DNA of 39,599 bases from Actinomycetota bacterium (GCA_050693655.1 JBOGWW010000295.1:1-39599), one strand, 5' to 3'; numbered from the stretch's first letter, positions 1 through 12,861 are shown. Translations and numbers: made by a program. The notes: a model not told the origin generated them from the sequence alone.

Positions 1-182
1 ACGTAGATGCTGCCGTCGGTGGGTTCCTCCTCCTTGTTGAGCATCTTGATGAAAGTGGACTTCCCGGAGCCCGAGGGGCCCACGACGAACACGAACTCGC
101 CCTTCTCGATGAACATCGAGACACCCTCAATCGCGAGCGTGCCGCCCTTGTAGACCTTCTTTAGATCGACTGTCTTGATCAT
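1..182 (-). CDS. ftsE: Cell-division ABC transporter ATP-binding protein FtsE, N-terminal fragment that runs off the left edge
   Basis: My own translation of the minus strand from the ATG (complement of 180-182) gives MIKTVDLKKVYKGGTLAIEGVSMFIEKGEFVFVVGPSGSGKSTFIKMLNKEEEPTDGSIY. It has a Walker A motif (GPSGSGKST) and sits in the usual position downstream of prfB. It is absent from the ORF track because it is partial. Confidence 0.85.
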   Translation of the reverse strand, partial: MIKTVDLKKVYKGGTLAIEGVSMFIEKGEFVFVVGPSGSGKSTFIKMLNKEEEPTDGSIY

Positions 183-210
183 GCTCTCTTCTCTTCTTCA
201 GGTGAGTGAA

Positions 211-1284
211 TCAACTCGCGGCCGGCGCGAGACGATCGAAATAGCGTCGGGGATGATCTTCGCCGTGGATGTCCTCGTACTCGTTCCAGGCGTTCTCGTA
301 GTACAGGTTCCCACGTTTGGAGATTTCGTCACATGCCTTGCTTGTCAAACCTAGTGTACGCAGCCTTTTCGTGAGCGAGGTCAACGAGAAGCTCCGCACC
401 TCGTAGGGGTTGATCAGCAGGTTGGGTGGGGTTTCCTGCGGCGCGATCGCGTATCTGCGATCCGGCGCCGCCACGATGCGGCAAGCCGATTCGAGCAGCC
501 GGAAGATGGTCGACTCCACCCGCTCGAGATTGCTGCGGTCCCTCAGTCCGGCCTCCATCAGGGCCCGGACTCCGAAATTGACGTGACGTGACTCGTCGCG
601 CGCCACGGCCGTGAAGCCGGTGTAGAAGCCGGGGAGGATTCCCATCTCTCGCACCAGGCCGAGCAGGTATTTCTGACCCGTGAGCGCGAGCATGCCCTCG
701 ACGACCAGGTGGTAGATGGTGATGCCATCGACCCAGGCGCCGTAGTCGCGAGGGTGGTTGCGCACCCGTTCGGTCGCGTCGACCAGATCGTTGTCGAAGA
801 TCACCCGGAACGCATCGACGGTCCGGTCGCGCAGGCTCGCCAGGGCCTCTGGCAGACCGCCCTCGATGCCAACGACCTCCTTGAAGAAACGCGAGAAGAA
901 GACCGAATGCCGTGCCTCGTCGACCAACTGCGTCGACAGAAAGATGCGGGACGGTTCGTCGGGGGCCGCGTGCACCAGTGGCGACAACGTGTCGGTCACG
1001 GCCTGCTCTCCGATAAAGAAGAGGGTGAAGGTCTGCTGCAGTTCGGTTCGGACTCCCTCGAGGCCCTCTCCCAGGGACTCCCAGTGAAGGCGATCCTCCG
1101 CGAAGTCGAGCTTCTGCGTGGACCAGTTCTGGTTCTCCCAGCGGTTGTAGAGGTCGAGCGGCGTCGGCCTCGACTGCAGGAGGTAGTCCATCTGGACGTA
1201 GACGTCGTCGATGTGGACATCCCGCAACTCGGGGAGAGTGGCTTGCTCGACTCGCTCTGCAGTGGTTCGCATGGAATCGGTCAT
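211..1284 (-). CDS. Ferritin-like di-metal carboxylate protein of the ribonucleotide reductase R2 superfamily, more like R2lox than a radical-generating R2
   Basis: The 357-aa ORF carries the R2 metal-ligand motifs FFIGE93QAV, DE123ARH126, VVE196GM and DE231SRH234. The radical-Tyr position (His126+4) is Phe, and the first ligand is Glu rather than Asp. A CACAAT hexamer lies 7 nt upstream of the ATG with no SD, which suggests a leaderless mRNA. No nrdA/nrdE partner is in the window. Confidence 0.65.
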   Translation of the reverse strand: MTDSMRTTAERVEQATLPELRDVHIDDVYVQMDYLLQSRPTPLDLYNRWENQNWSTQKLDFAEDRLHWESLGEGLEGVRTELQQTFTLFFIGEQAVTDTLSPLVHAAPDEPSRIFLSTQLVDEARHSVFFSRFFKEVVGIEGGLPEALASLRDRTVDAFRVIFDNDLVDATERVRNHPRDYGAWVDGITIYHLVVEGMLALTGQKYLLGLVREMGILPGFYTGFTAVARDESRHVNFGVRALMEAGLRDRSNLERVESTIFRLLESACRIVAAPDRRYAIAPQETPPNLLINPYEVRSFSLTSLTKRLRTLGLTSKACDEISKRGNLYYENAWNEYEDIHGEDHPRRYFDRLAPAAS

Positions 1285-1357
1285 AGGGAAAATTGTGGCA
1301 GCTTCGGCTTGAATTGTCTTGCTTCGGTCACGAGAGGCCTCCCAGTTCGCTTCTCGC

Positions 1358-2465
1358 CTATTCTTCGGCAGCTCCGGCTCGTCTCCTTAGTTCCGCCTCC
1401 ACGAATCGATCGAGAGCACCGTCGAGCACCGCCTGCACGTTGCCGGTCTCGACGGAGGTGCGATGGTCTTTCACCATCTGATAGGGATGCACCACGTAGG
1501 AACGAATCTGCGAACCGAATCCGATATCCTGCTTCTCGCCGCGCAGGGCGTTGACCTCTGCCTCGCGCCTCTCGCGTTCGAGGGCCACGAGGCGTGATTT
1601 GAGGATGCGCATCGCAACGGCTCGATTCTGCATCTGTGAGCGTTCGTTCTGCACCGCTACCACTGTGTTCGTAGGGAGGTGCGTGATGCGCACGGCCGAG
1701 TCCGTGACGTTCACGTGCTGCCCCCCTGCGCCCGAGGAACGGTAGGTGTCGATCCGCAGGTCGTCGGGATTGATCTCGACATCGAAGTCCTCTTCGATCT
1801 CCGGCGTCACGTCCACCGAAGCGAACGAGGTGTGTCGCCTCTTGGCGGAGTCGTATGGCGAGATACGCACGAGCCGGTGCACTCCGCGCTCCGTTGCGCT
1901 CAAGCCATAAGCGTGACGTCCTTCGACCGTGAGCGTCGCGCTCTTGATGCCCGCCTCTTCGCCTTCGGTCAACTCGACCAGTTGGTGCTTGAATCCTCGC
2001 CTCTCGAACCAGCGCTGATACATGCGCAGCAACATCTCGGCCCAATCCTGTGAATCCGTTCCGCCTTCGCCCGCGTGCACTTCGAAGATGGCCGGGTAGT
2101 CGTCGAATTCCCCACCCAGCAAGGCCAGTACCTCGAGGCCGGAGATCTCCGCTTCCATCGCCTCGACTTCGCCGGCCACCTCGCCCAGAGATTCTTCATC
2201 GGACTCGGATTCGGCCAGCTCCAACAGAACGAGCGCATCCGAGGTTCGTTGCGCCAGACCTTCGTAGGAAGAGATGTCGTCGGACAGGCGTGCGATCTCG
2301 GACATCGTCTTCTGTGCGGTGGAGGAGTCGTCCCAAAAGTCGGGGGCGGCGCTGGCTTTTCTCAGCTCTTCGACGCGCGCCCGTTTGGCGTCGTCGTCAA
2401 AGGTACTCCTTGACCTGCTCGAGCTTCTTATTGATGGCTATGAGTCGTTCGCGTGCGTCGTCCAT
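1358..2465 (-). CDS. prfB: Peptide chain release factor 2, produced by a programmed +1 ribosomal frameshift
   Basis: Frame 0 from the ATG at 2465 reads MDDARERLIAINKKLEQVKEYL and then TGA. The +1 frame continues DDDAKRARVEELRKASAAPDFWDDSSTAQKTMSEIARL into the 315-aa track ORF 1358..2305. The protein has a GGQ motif (SGAGGQHVN) and an RF2-type SPY/SPF motif (RISPYDS). The joined product is about 368 aa. Confidence 0.95.
2396..2410 (-). promoter_or_regulatory. prfB +1 frameshift site (SD-like AGGAG, slippery CTT, in-frame TGA followed by C)
   Basis: The minus strand reads AGGAG TAC CTT TGA C. This matches the canonical RF2 autoregulatory frameshift cassette, with the SD-like element 3 nt upstream of CTT. 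Confidence 0.9.
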
Positions 2466-2511
2466 ATGGTGGTGAGGTTACCTCCGGTTCGAGCACGGCA
2501 CGGCGCGGAGC

Positions 2512-2538
2512 GGGGCCGGGTCAAGACGTCCCGGCCCC
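2512..2538 (-). terminator. GC-rich hairpin between the pepX-like ORF and prfB, a possible terminator or RNA-processing structure
   Basis: A 9-bp perfect stem (ggggccggg / cccggcccc) with a 9-nt loop starts 24 nt downstream of the pepX-like stop. There is no U-tract, so its function is uncertain. Confidence 0.3.
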
Positions 2539-2561
2539 GTCCTACACCCCCGCGACAAGCC

Positions 2562-4058
2562 TTAGAGTCCCGCCTCCCTGGCGGCGTCGTGGCCGCCCAC
2601 GATCGGAAGCGTCACTCTGCTCAGCTTCGTGGAAAGCTCGATGTTGGCCCTCGTCTGGTCGGCGAGGCTGCCGTAACTCGGGTAACTCCCCACGACGATC
2701 ACTCCGATCTGGTGGCCCGGCTTGAAGACGTAGTCCTCGGGCAACAGCGGGAAGTCGAAGTTGTAGACCTTACCCGCGACCAGAGGCACGCCCTCCAAGT
2801 AGGAGTAACGATTGAGCGCGTCGAGGACGCCCTTGGTCACGACCTCGCGCGATTCCGTCGTCACCCGCCTCTCGGTCTGCCGGTAGCAGGGATCGTCGGC
2901 GGGGCTGGTCTCGCCCCAGCAGTCCTCCGTCGCTAGGGTTCTTATGCCCTCGCCGCTCAACCTGTGGGCCACGCGCGTGTCGGTGCCGTAGTCGACCAGG
3001 ATGGCGCCGAGGTTCGTGTCGGTCTGGTCGGCCGAGGCTCGCAGCCTCACCAGGGGCGTACCCGTGAAGTGCAACGGCTGCTCGAGCGGTTCGGAGAGAA
3101 AGGCAAGCCGGTTGGGCTTGAGGATGGTCTCGTCGCTGACCATCGTGGTTTCGTTCTGGTTGGGATTGTCCTGAAAGGGACGCGTGGTGGGCTTGCCTCC
3201 GGCCGGAGTCAGCCCCACCTCTCCGGCACCGTTCGGGTCACCGGGGTGCAGCCAAACATGCGTATCGTCGGCGGAGGGATGCGGCCACGATTCGTATGTC
3301 TCCCACTCGTCGGCCTCGCGCTCGACGTCGGCCATGGGCTCGTCCATGATGCCGTTCGGAACTCCCTGCAGCCAGTAGTCGAACCAGCGGTGCAGGGTGG
3401 CGACCCATTCCGCGCGCCGGAAGTCGAAGGGATCGACGTGGCCCGTCTGAGTGAGCCACAGCTTGCGCGGCACGTCGTTAGCCGCGAGACCGTACCACCA
3501 CTTGCTGAAGTGATCCGGCTTGACGTTGTTGTCGTTGATCCCGTGGACGACGAATACGCTCGCATCGACGTTGCCGACATGGGGGTTGTAGTCGCGCTCC
3601 GCCCAGAAATCCGTGTAGTCACCGTGCTCGTCCCCGTCGATGGCGCTCATGTGGTCACGAACCGGCCGGCAGTACTCGCGCCGGTCCGGATTGGTCACCG
3701 TGTTAGAGAGACTCGCGGGATAGTTGTTGCGCGTCCTGATCCCGTTGCTGCGGGTGTAGTCGTACCAGCTTGAGATCGCGGAGATCGGGACGATCGTCGT
3801 GAGCCCTTCGACCCCCGTCGCAGCGACCGCGTTCGCCAGCGTCCCATCGTAGGACTTGCCGATCATCCCGGCCTTGCCGTTGTCCCAGGTAGCGGTCACC
3901 ACATTGCCGTCGGCGTCGTACCCGGTCGCGCGTCCGTTGAGCCAGTCGATGGCGACCTTGCCGCTGAGGTTGTCGGGCGTACCGCCCGTCACCGGACATC
4001 CGGTGGAGTTGTTCGTCCCCACCATGTCGAGGAGCATGACGGCGTACCCGCGCGGCAC
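2562..4058 (-). CDS. Xaa-Pro dipeptidyl-peptidase (peptidase S15, PepX/CocE/NonD family), apparently missing its N-terminal region
   Basis: The ORF shows AVIDWLNGRA, the nucleophile elbow GKSYDG, an Asp candidate in HGINDNNV and a His candidate in QTGHVDP. The first possible start is the GTG at 4058. Family-like sequence continues in frame upstream to the secA stop codon with no start codon in between (see findings). Confidence 0.8.
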   Translation of the reverse strand: MPRGYAVMLLDMVGTNNSTGCPVTGGTPDNLSGKVAIDWLNGRATGYDADGNVVTATWDNGKAGMIGKSYDGTLANAVAATGVEGLTTIVPISAISSWYDYTRSNGIRTRNNYPASLSNTVTNPDRREYCRPVRDHMSAIDGDEHGDYTDFWAERDYNPHVGNVDASVFVVHGINDNNVKPDHFSKWWYGLAANDVPRKLWLTQTGHVDPFDFRRAEWVATLHRWFDYWLQGVPNGIMDEPMADVEREADEWETYESWPHPSADDTHVWLHPGDPNGAGEVGLTPAGGKPTTRPFQDNPNQNETTMVSDETILKPNRLAFLSEPLEQPLHFTGTPLVRLRASADQTDTNLGAILVDYGTDTRVAHRLSGEGIRTLATEDCWGETSPADDPCYRQTERRVTTESREVVTKGVLDALNRYSYLEGVPLVAGKVYNFDFPLLPEDYVFKPGHQIGVIVVGSYPSYGSLADQTRANIELSTKLSRVTLPIVGGHDAAREAGL

Positions 4059-4163
4059 GAAGTAGTTGTCGTAGAACAGCGGCCAGCGGTCGAGAAGCCC
4101 GTCGCCGTCGTTGTCCTGCTTGCGTTCCGACTCGTTGCCGCGACCGAGTGTTCCGAAAAAGCC

Positions 4164-6905
<2,742 letters not shown>

Positions 6906-6925
6906 AAGGGCATTATGCCCCCGCC

Positions 6926-6994
6926 TCTGGGCTTCGGCGAAGCTACGCTGCGCCTCGCCGAGCAAGAGGCTCGGAACTCCGCCCTTGGGGTCGG
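6926..6994 (-). repeat. Multi-hairpin intergenic repeat, copy 1, in the secA leader
   Basis: A 65-nt stretch (tctgggcttcggcgaagctacgctgcgcctcgccgagcaagaggctcggaactccgcccttgggg) is identical to copy 2, which lies 78 nt away. It contains hairpins ccgagc-N5-gctcgg and ccgccc-N3-gggcgg-like. It ends 21 nt upstream of the secA ATG. Confidence 0.9.
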
Positions 6995-7003
6995 ATCAAA
7001 GTA

Positions 7004-7071
7004 TCTGGGCTTCGGCGAAGCTACGCTGCGCCTCGCCGAGCAAGAGGCTCGGAACTCCGCCCTTGGGGCGG
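7004..7071 (-). repeat. Multi-hairpin intergenic repeat, copy 2, downstream of the response-regulator stop
   Basis: This is a perfect 65-nt duplicate of copy 1, separated from it by a 13-nt spacer (78-nt period). Its terminal hairpin is CCGCCC-ttg-GGGCGG. Confidence 0.9.
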
Positions 7072-7099
7072 CATAGTTTCTGCTTTGGGCGGCGAGGGC

Positions 7100-7792
7100 C
7101 TACTTGATGTCGAGAAGCTTCTCGCGGACGGCGTAGACCACTGCCTCCATGCGGGAGTGCAGGTGCAGCTTCTCGAGGATGTTGCGCACGTGGTTCTTGA
7201 CGGTGTTCTCGCTGATGAAGAGCTCGGACCCGATGTCACGGTTGTTCATGCCCTTGGCGACGAGCTTGAGGACCTCGAGCTCGCGGTCGGTCAGCCGGGG
7301 GCCGGGGACCTGGTTGCGCTCGTCCCGGCGCTTGACCATCGCCGCGAACTCGGTCAGGAGCTTGGAGGCCATCGAGGGCGAAATGAGGCTCTGACCTGCA
7401 TGTACCGAGCGAACCGCGTTGGCGACCTCTTCGATCGAGATCTCCTTCAGGAGGTAACCGGAGGCGCCCGCCTTGATGGCGTCGTAGAGGTCCGCCTCCT
7501 CGTCCGAGATCGTCAGCATCAGGATCCGGGTGGAGGGCAGCGTGTCCTTGATCAAGCGGGTCGCCTCGATGCCCGAGCGCTTCGGCATCCGGACGTCCAT
7601 GAGGACTACGTCCGGCGTGGTCTCCTCGGCCTGGGTCAGCGCCTCGTGCCCGTCGGAGGCCTCGCCGACGACGTCGATGTCGGGCTCCCCCTCGAGCACC
7701 ATCTGTAGTCCTCGCCGGAAAAGGGCGTGGTCGTCGACGATGAGGACCTTGACGGCCTCGTTGGTGCTCTCGGCTTGCGGCTGCTGTGCCAC
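7100..7792 (-). CDS. Two-component response regulator, NarL/FixJ (LuxR) family, with no cognate kinase in the window
   Basis: It has a receiver domain (VLIVDDHALFRRGL, phospho-acceptor context VVLMDVRMP) and a LuxR HTH (LTDRELEVLKLVAKGMNNRDIGSELFISENTVKNHVRNILEKL). The start is a GTG preceded by AAGGGG. Confidence 0.92.
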   Translation of the reverse strand: MAQQPQAESTNEAVKVLIVDDHALFRRGLQMVLEGEPDIDVVGEASDGHEALTQAEETTPDVVLMDVRMPKRSGIEATRLIKDTLPSTRILMLTISDEEADLYDAIKAGASGYLLKEISIEEVANAVRSVHAGQSLISPSMASKLLTEFAAMVKRRDERNQVPGPRLTDRELEVLKLVAKGMNNRDIGSELFISENTVKNHVRNILEKLHLHSRMEAVVYAVREKLLDIK

Positions 7793-8098
7793 TTAAACCC
7801 CTTTGTGTGTCTCATGAGGTTCGCCGAGAAACTTCCAGTATCTGTCGGCGAAACCGGCCCGATGTGGTCACTCCTGACCAGATTGTAGGGCCTAGGCAGG
7901 TGAAAGACCCTAAGCAATAAGTACTAGACCGGACGGGAGCACCTCCCTACCTCGACCGTTCGACATTCAGACACCGTTTTGGTGGGCTGAGTGCCGAAAG
8001 CTCATGGCTCCTCGCCTCTGGCCCTTCGGTGCCCGGTTTGACTGGCCTCTCGCCCTCCGATGCCGGTCTGCGCCTCTCCGAGTGTGCAGTCCCTAGGC

Positions 8099-8704
8099 CT
8101 AGGCCGAGCAGGCGGCCAGCACCTCTACCCGGCCGGCCCCCGCCCTCCTGAGCGCCTCGGCACAGGCCGCCGCGGTCGCTCCGGTGGTGACCAGGTCGTC
8201 CACCAGGGCCACCCGGGGCGGAGACATCTCGGCCGCAAACGCGCCCCGAAGGTTGGCCCAGCGCTCGGCGGCCCCGAGGGAGGTCTGGTCGAGAGGTTTC
8301 CCCCTTCGCGTGAGCAGGGGGGCGACGGGAAGGCCGAGCCGGGCGCCGATCTCGGCCGCGAGGACGCCGGCGTGATCGAATCCGCGTCCCCGGTTCTCGC
8401 GCGGCTTGCCCGGCACCCAGGTGAGGACCTCGGCCGCGAGACCCCGGGCCGCCACCTCGGCGACGAGCTCCCGAGCCAGCGGGACCGCGGCCCCTCGGTC
8501 ACCCCTGAGCTTCAGGTCGAGCACGAGCGACCGGGCCCCCGCTTCGTAGGGCCAGGCCACCAGGAGGTGGTCCACCCCCGGCACGACCGGAATCCGCGCG
8601 CTGCCGAGGCCGTCCCGGCACACCCCACAGAGAGGCTCCCCCCTTCGTCGGCAACCGGCGCAGCGTGGGGGCGCCCCCAGGGCGAGCAGCTCGAGCAGGG
8701 CCAT
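8099..8704 (-). CDS. comF: ComF family protein (phosphoribosyltransferase-like)
   Basis: An N-terminal Cys cluster (CAGCRRRGEPLCGVC) is followed by a PRPP-binding loop (VALVDDLVTTGATAAA). Confidence 0.85.
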   Translation of the reverse strand: MALLELLALGAPPRCAGCRRRGEPLCGVCRDGLGSARIPVVPGVDHLLVAWPYEAGARSLVLDLKLRGDRGAAVPLARELVAEVAARGLAAEVLTWVPGKPRENRGRGFDHAGVLAAEIGARLGLPVAPLLTRRGKPLDQTSLGAAERWANLRGAFAAEMSPPRVALVDDLVTTGATAAACAEALRRAGAGRVEVLAACSA

Positions 8705-8912
8705 GCGTCGACCCTAGGCACTCGCGGTGACGGAAATGCGCTCGGGCCGTGCTTCGGAACGCGAAGATGACGCTTGCGAACCCGCCCGAATGACGGTACA
8801 CAGGCATGCTGGCCCGGTCGGTTGAGCCGAGGGCGTGGGTTGCGAGGCGCATCGCCCAACCCACTCGGGTCGAATGTCCAACCATCTTGATCGGCGCGGA
8901 GGCGGATAACTC

Positions 8913-9788
8913 ATGGAGTGGTGGGAACGAGTGGAGGAGCTGTGGGACGTCTGGTTGATCCGGACTGCGATCCAGGTCGCGTTCGTCCTTCTCATAGCCT
9001 TCGTACTGACCCGGCTCCTGCGCCGCATCACGACGAAGGTCGGCAACAAGGTCTCGAAGGAAACCACTCCGATCCGAGCCCTGCAACGGACCGAGACCCT
9101 CACGCGAGTGCTGTCGTCGGCCGGCATCGTGGTGATCTGGGTGCTGAGCACCTTCTACATCGTGGGAGCCCTGGGCGCGAATCTCGCTCCGCTGCTGGCC
9201 TCCGTAGGAATCATCGGTCTGGCGGTTGGTTTCGGAGCCCAGAACCTCGTGCGCGACGTGGTGAGTGGGTTCTTCATCCTGCTCGAGGATCAGTACGGCG
9301 TGGGAGACATCATCGAGATCAACCAGGTCGCCTCGGGCAAGGTCGAGACGCTGACGCTCCGGGTTACGGGGATGCGTGCTCTCGACGGCACGATGCATTT
9401 CATCGCGAACGGTGAGATCACACATATTGCGAACCGCTCCAAGGACTGGGCTCGCGCAGTCATCGACGTCGGAGTCGCCTACAAGGAAAGCTCCGAGAAG
9501 GTTCGACGAACCCTGGAAAGGGTCGCCCTGGAGGCCAAGGAGAACACCGAGCTCGGCCACTCTATGTACGCCGCACCGGAGATACTCGGTGTTGAGATGC
9601 TGGGTGAGTACGAGGTCACCTGGCGCGTCATCGTCGACACCAAGCCGGGCAAGCAGTGGGACGTGGGGCGCTCTCTGCGCGAGCGCATCAAGGCGGCCTT
9701 CGACGAGGACAACATCGAGATCCCCTTCCCGCACCAGGTGATGATCAGCGCCGAGGACAACGGCTCGAAGGCGCGCGTCGGGACCTGA
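8913..9788 (+). CDS. Mechanosensitive ion channel, MscS family
   Basis: TM helices are followed by the MscS signature region LAPLLASVGIIGLAVGFGAQNLVRDVVSGFFILLEDQYGVGDIIEI. Confidence 0.9.
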   Translation: MEWWERVEELWDVWLIRTAIQVAFVLLIAFVLTRLLRRITTKVGNKVSKETTPIRALQRTETLTRVLSSAGIVVIWVLSTFYIVGALGANLAPLLASVGIIGLAVGFGAQNLVRDVVSGFFILLEDQYGVGDIIEINQVASGKVETLTLRVTGMRALDGTMHFIANGEITHIANRSKDWARAVIDVGVAYKESSEKVRRTLERVALEAKENTELGHSMYAAPEILGVEMLGEYEVTWRVIVDTKPGKQWDVGRSLRERIKAAFDEDNIEIPFPHQVMISAEDNGSKARVGT

Positions 9789-9797
9789 CCCCCGCGC

Positions 9798-11560
<1,763 letters not shown>

Positions 11561-11600
11561 CTACTCCTCTTGTTGGTCGGTCGCTCGTTCGGTCGATTTG

Positions 11601-12689
11601 CTACTGCTCTGCGAGTTGTTGCTTGAACCTCTCAATGACCGGCACGGGGCCGGGATCGACGTTGTTGATCAAACCGGCGTAGATCGCTGCCAGCTGAGTG
11701 GTGAGAATCAGCGAAAGCAACCGAGCGAGGGTGCTGATGCCCTGCGATTGCAGCTCGATGACTTCGCTCACCGATCCCTCGATCAACCGCTTCGTGACAT
11801 CGAGTCTCTGGGCGACACGCTCGTGGTCATCGCCGTCGCGCAGGAGCACCACCACGAACTGCTCTCTGGGTACGTGCGGCCAGCCGTAGGGCTCGATCTC
11901 GTTGTGATTCATCTCGGGAAAGGAGTGTGCGAAAGCCGGCACCTTGGCGTACTCGTTGAGGTCGCACTTGAAACGGTACGCGGCCACCTCGCATAATCCG
12001 TTGCCGCCGTAGATCACGGGTACGCGACCGGCAAGCGAGGCTCCCAGCCGCTTGGCCGCATTCGCTTCGAGCGGGATGCCACGCGCACACCGTTTCGCAA
12101 CGCCGGTGAGCATCTCCACCGCCTCCTCGACGTCGTCGGTACAGTCCGGAACCAATCCGATTTCGACCAAAACGGCCATCACGGGGAGCGCCAGATAGCC
12201 GAGCGAGGCGCGCGGCTGCAGGCCTCCCGGCACCTTTACGTGCGCGACCCCGTAGCTGGTAGCGCGTTCTGCGAGACGCCCGCCCGAAGACACCGCTACG
12301 GAGCGCGCTCCCCGGTCGTGCAGCTCATCGAAGACCGCGAGGGTCTCTTCCGTGTCGCCTGAGTAGGAAACCAAGAAGGCGAGCGTGTTGCGACCGATCC
12401 ACTCGGGCAGCGGCCCGTAGCCTTTGATGGTGCGCCAGGGAACGCCGAGCCGGGGCTCGACCAGGGCCTGTACCACGTCTCCCGAGATCCCCGAGCCGCC
12501 CATGCCGACGACCACGATGTTTTCCACGCCGGCGGCATCGGGCAGGTCGCGCGCGGCCCGGCCAATGGTCCACGCCTCTCGGCACTGGTCCCCGAGATGC
12601 TCGATCACGTCGAGCACGCCTAGGGAGTCGAGTCGGGTGACGGCCTGAACGTCGTCGAGATTCACCCGGGATGGCCCTCGCCCTTTCAT
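11601..12689 (-). CDS. SIS-domain bifunctional phosphoglucose/phosphomannose isomerase
   Basis: SIS motifs are present (VVVGMGGSGISGD, FLVSYSGDTEETL). I place the start at the ATG at 12689, which overlaps the upstream Trm112-like stop in an ATGA arrangement. The track start at 12770 is an upstream extension. Confidence 0.85.
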   Translation of the reverse strand: MKGRGPSRVNLDDVQAVTRLDSLGVLDVIEHLGDQCREAWTIGRAARDLPDAAGVENIVVVGMGGSGISGDVVQALVEPRLGVPWRTIKGYGPLPEWIGRNTLAFLVSYSGDTEETLAVFDELHDRGARSVAVSSGGRLAERATSYGVAHVKVPGGLQPRASLGYLALPVMAVLVEIGLVPDCTDDVEEAVEMLTGVAKRCARGIPLEANAAKRLGASLAGRVPVIYGGNGLCEVAAYRFKCDLNEYAKVPAFAHSFPEMNHNEIEPYGWPHVPREQFVVVLLRDGDDHERVAQRLDVTKRLIEGSVSEVIELQSQGISTLARLLSLILTTQLAAIYAGLINNVDPGPVPVIERFKQQLAEQ

Positions 12690-12859
12690 GCCGGTTTCTC
12701 GGCCTCGTCGATCAGCATGACCGGGATGTCGTCCCGGACCGGATAGCGGTACCCGCATTCGCCTCGGCACACGATGACGTTCTCGGCCTCGACGTACTCC
12801 ACCTCACCTCGGCAATTGGGACAGATGAGAATGTCGAGCAGCTTCTGATCCAGCGGCAT
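12686..12859 (-). CDS. Trm112-like zinc-ribbon small protein (57 aa), not in the ORF track
   Basis: My own translation gives MPLDQKLLDILICPNCRGEVEYVEAENVIVCRGECGYRYPVRDDIPVMLIDEAEKPA. It has CPxC...CxxxC and the DDIPVML motif typical of Trm112/DUF343. It is tightly packed between the pmm stop (12862) and the SIS start. Confidence 0.8.
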   Translation of the reverse strand: MPLDQKLLDILICPNCRGEVEYVEAENVIVCRGECGYRYPVRDDIPVMLIDEAEKPA

Positions 12860-12861
12860 TG

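Noticed and set aside
6926-7071. Possible CRISPR array (direct repeats)
   Set aside because: There are only two repeats of 65 nt with a 13-nt spacer. No cas genes are present, and a third copy occurs singly and inverted elsewhere. The geometry is wrong for CRISPR.
8026-8092. Possible fourth, degenerate copy of the multi-hairpin repeat (cgcctctgg-c-ttcgg ... ctgcgcctc-ccgag)
   Set aside because: Only the two end segments match, with about 40 unrelated nt between them. In GC-rich DNA this could be chance, so I did not count it as a feature.
7793-8098. A 300-nt gap between comF and the response regulator, where hpf or an sRNA might be expected
   Set aside because: I found no ORF with HPF-like sequence in any frame and no convincing terminator or conserved structure. 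The region probably holds the RR promoter. I leave it unannotated.
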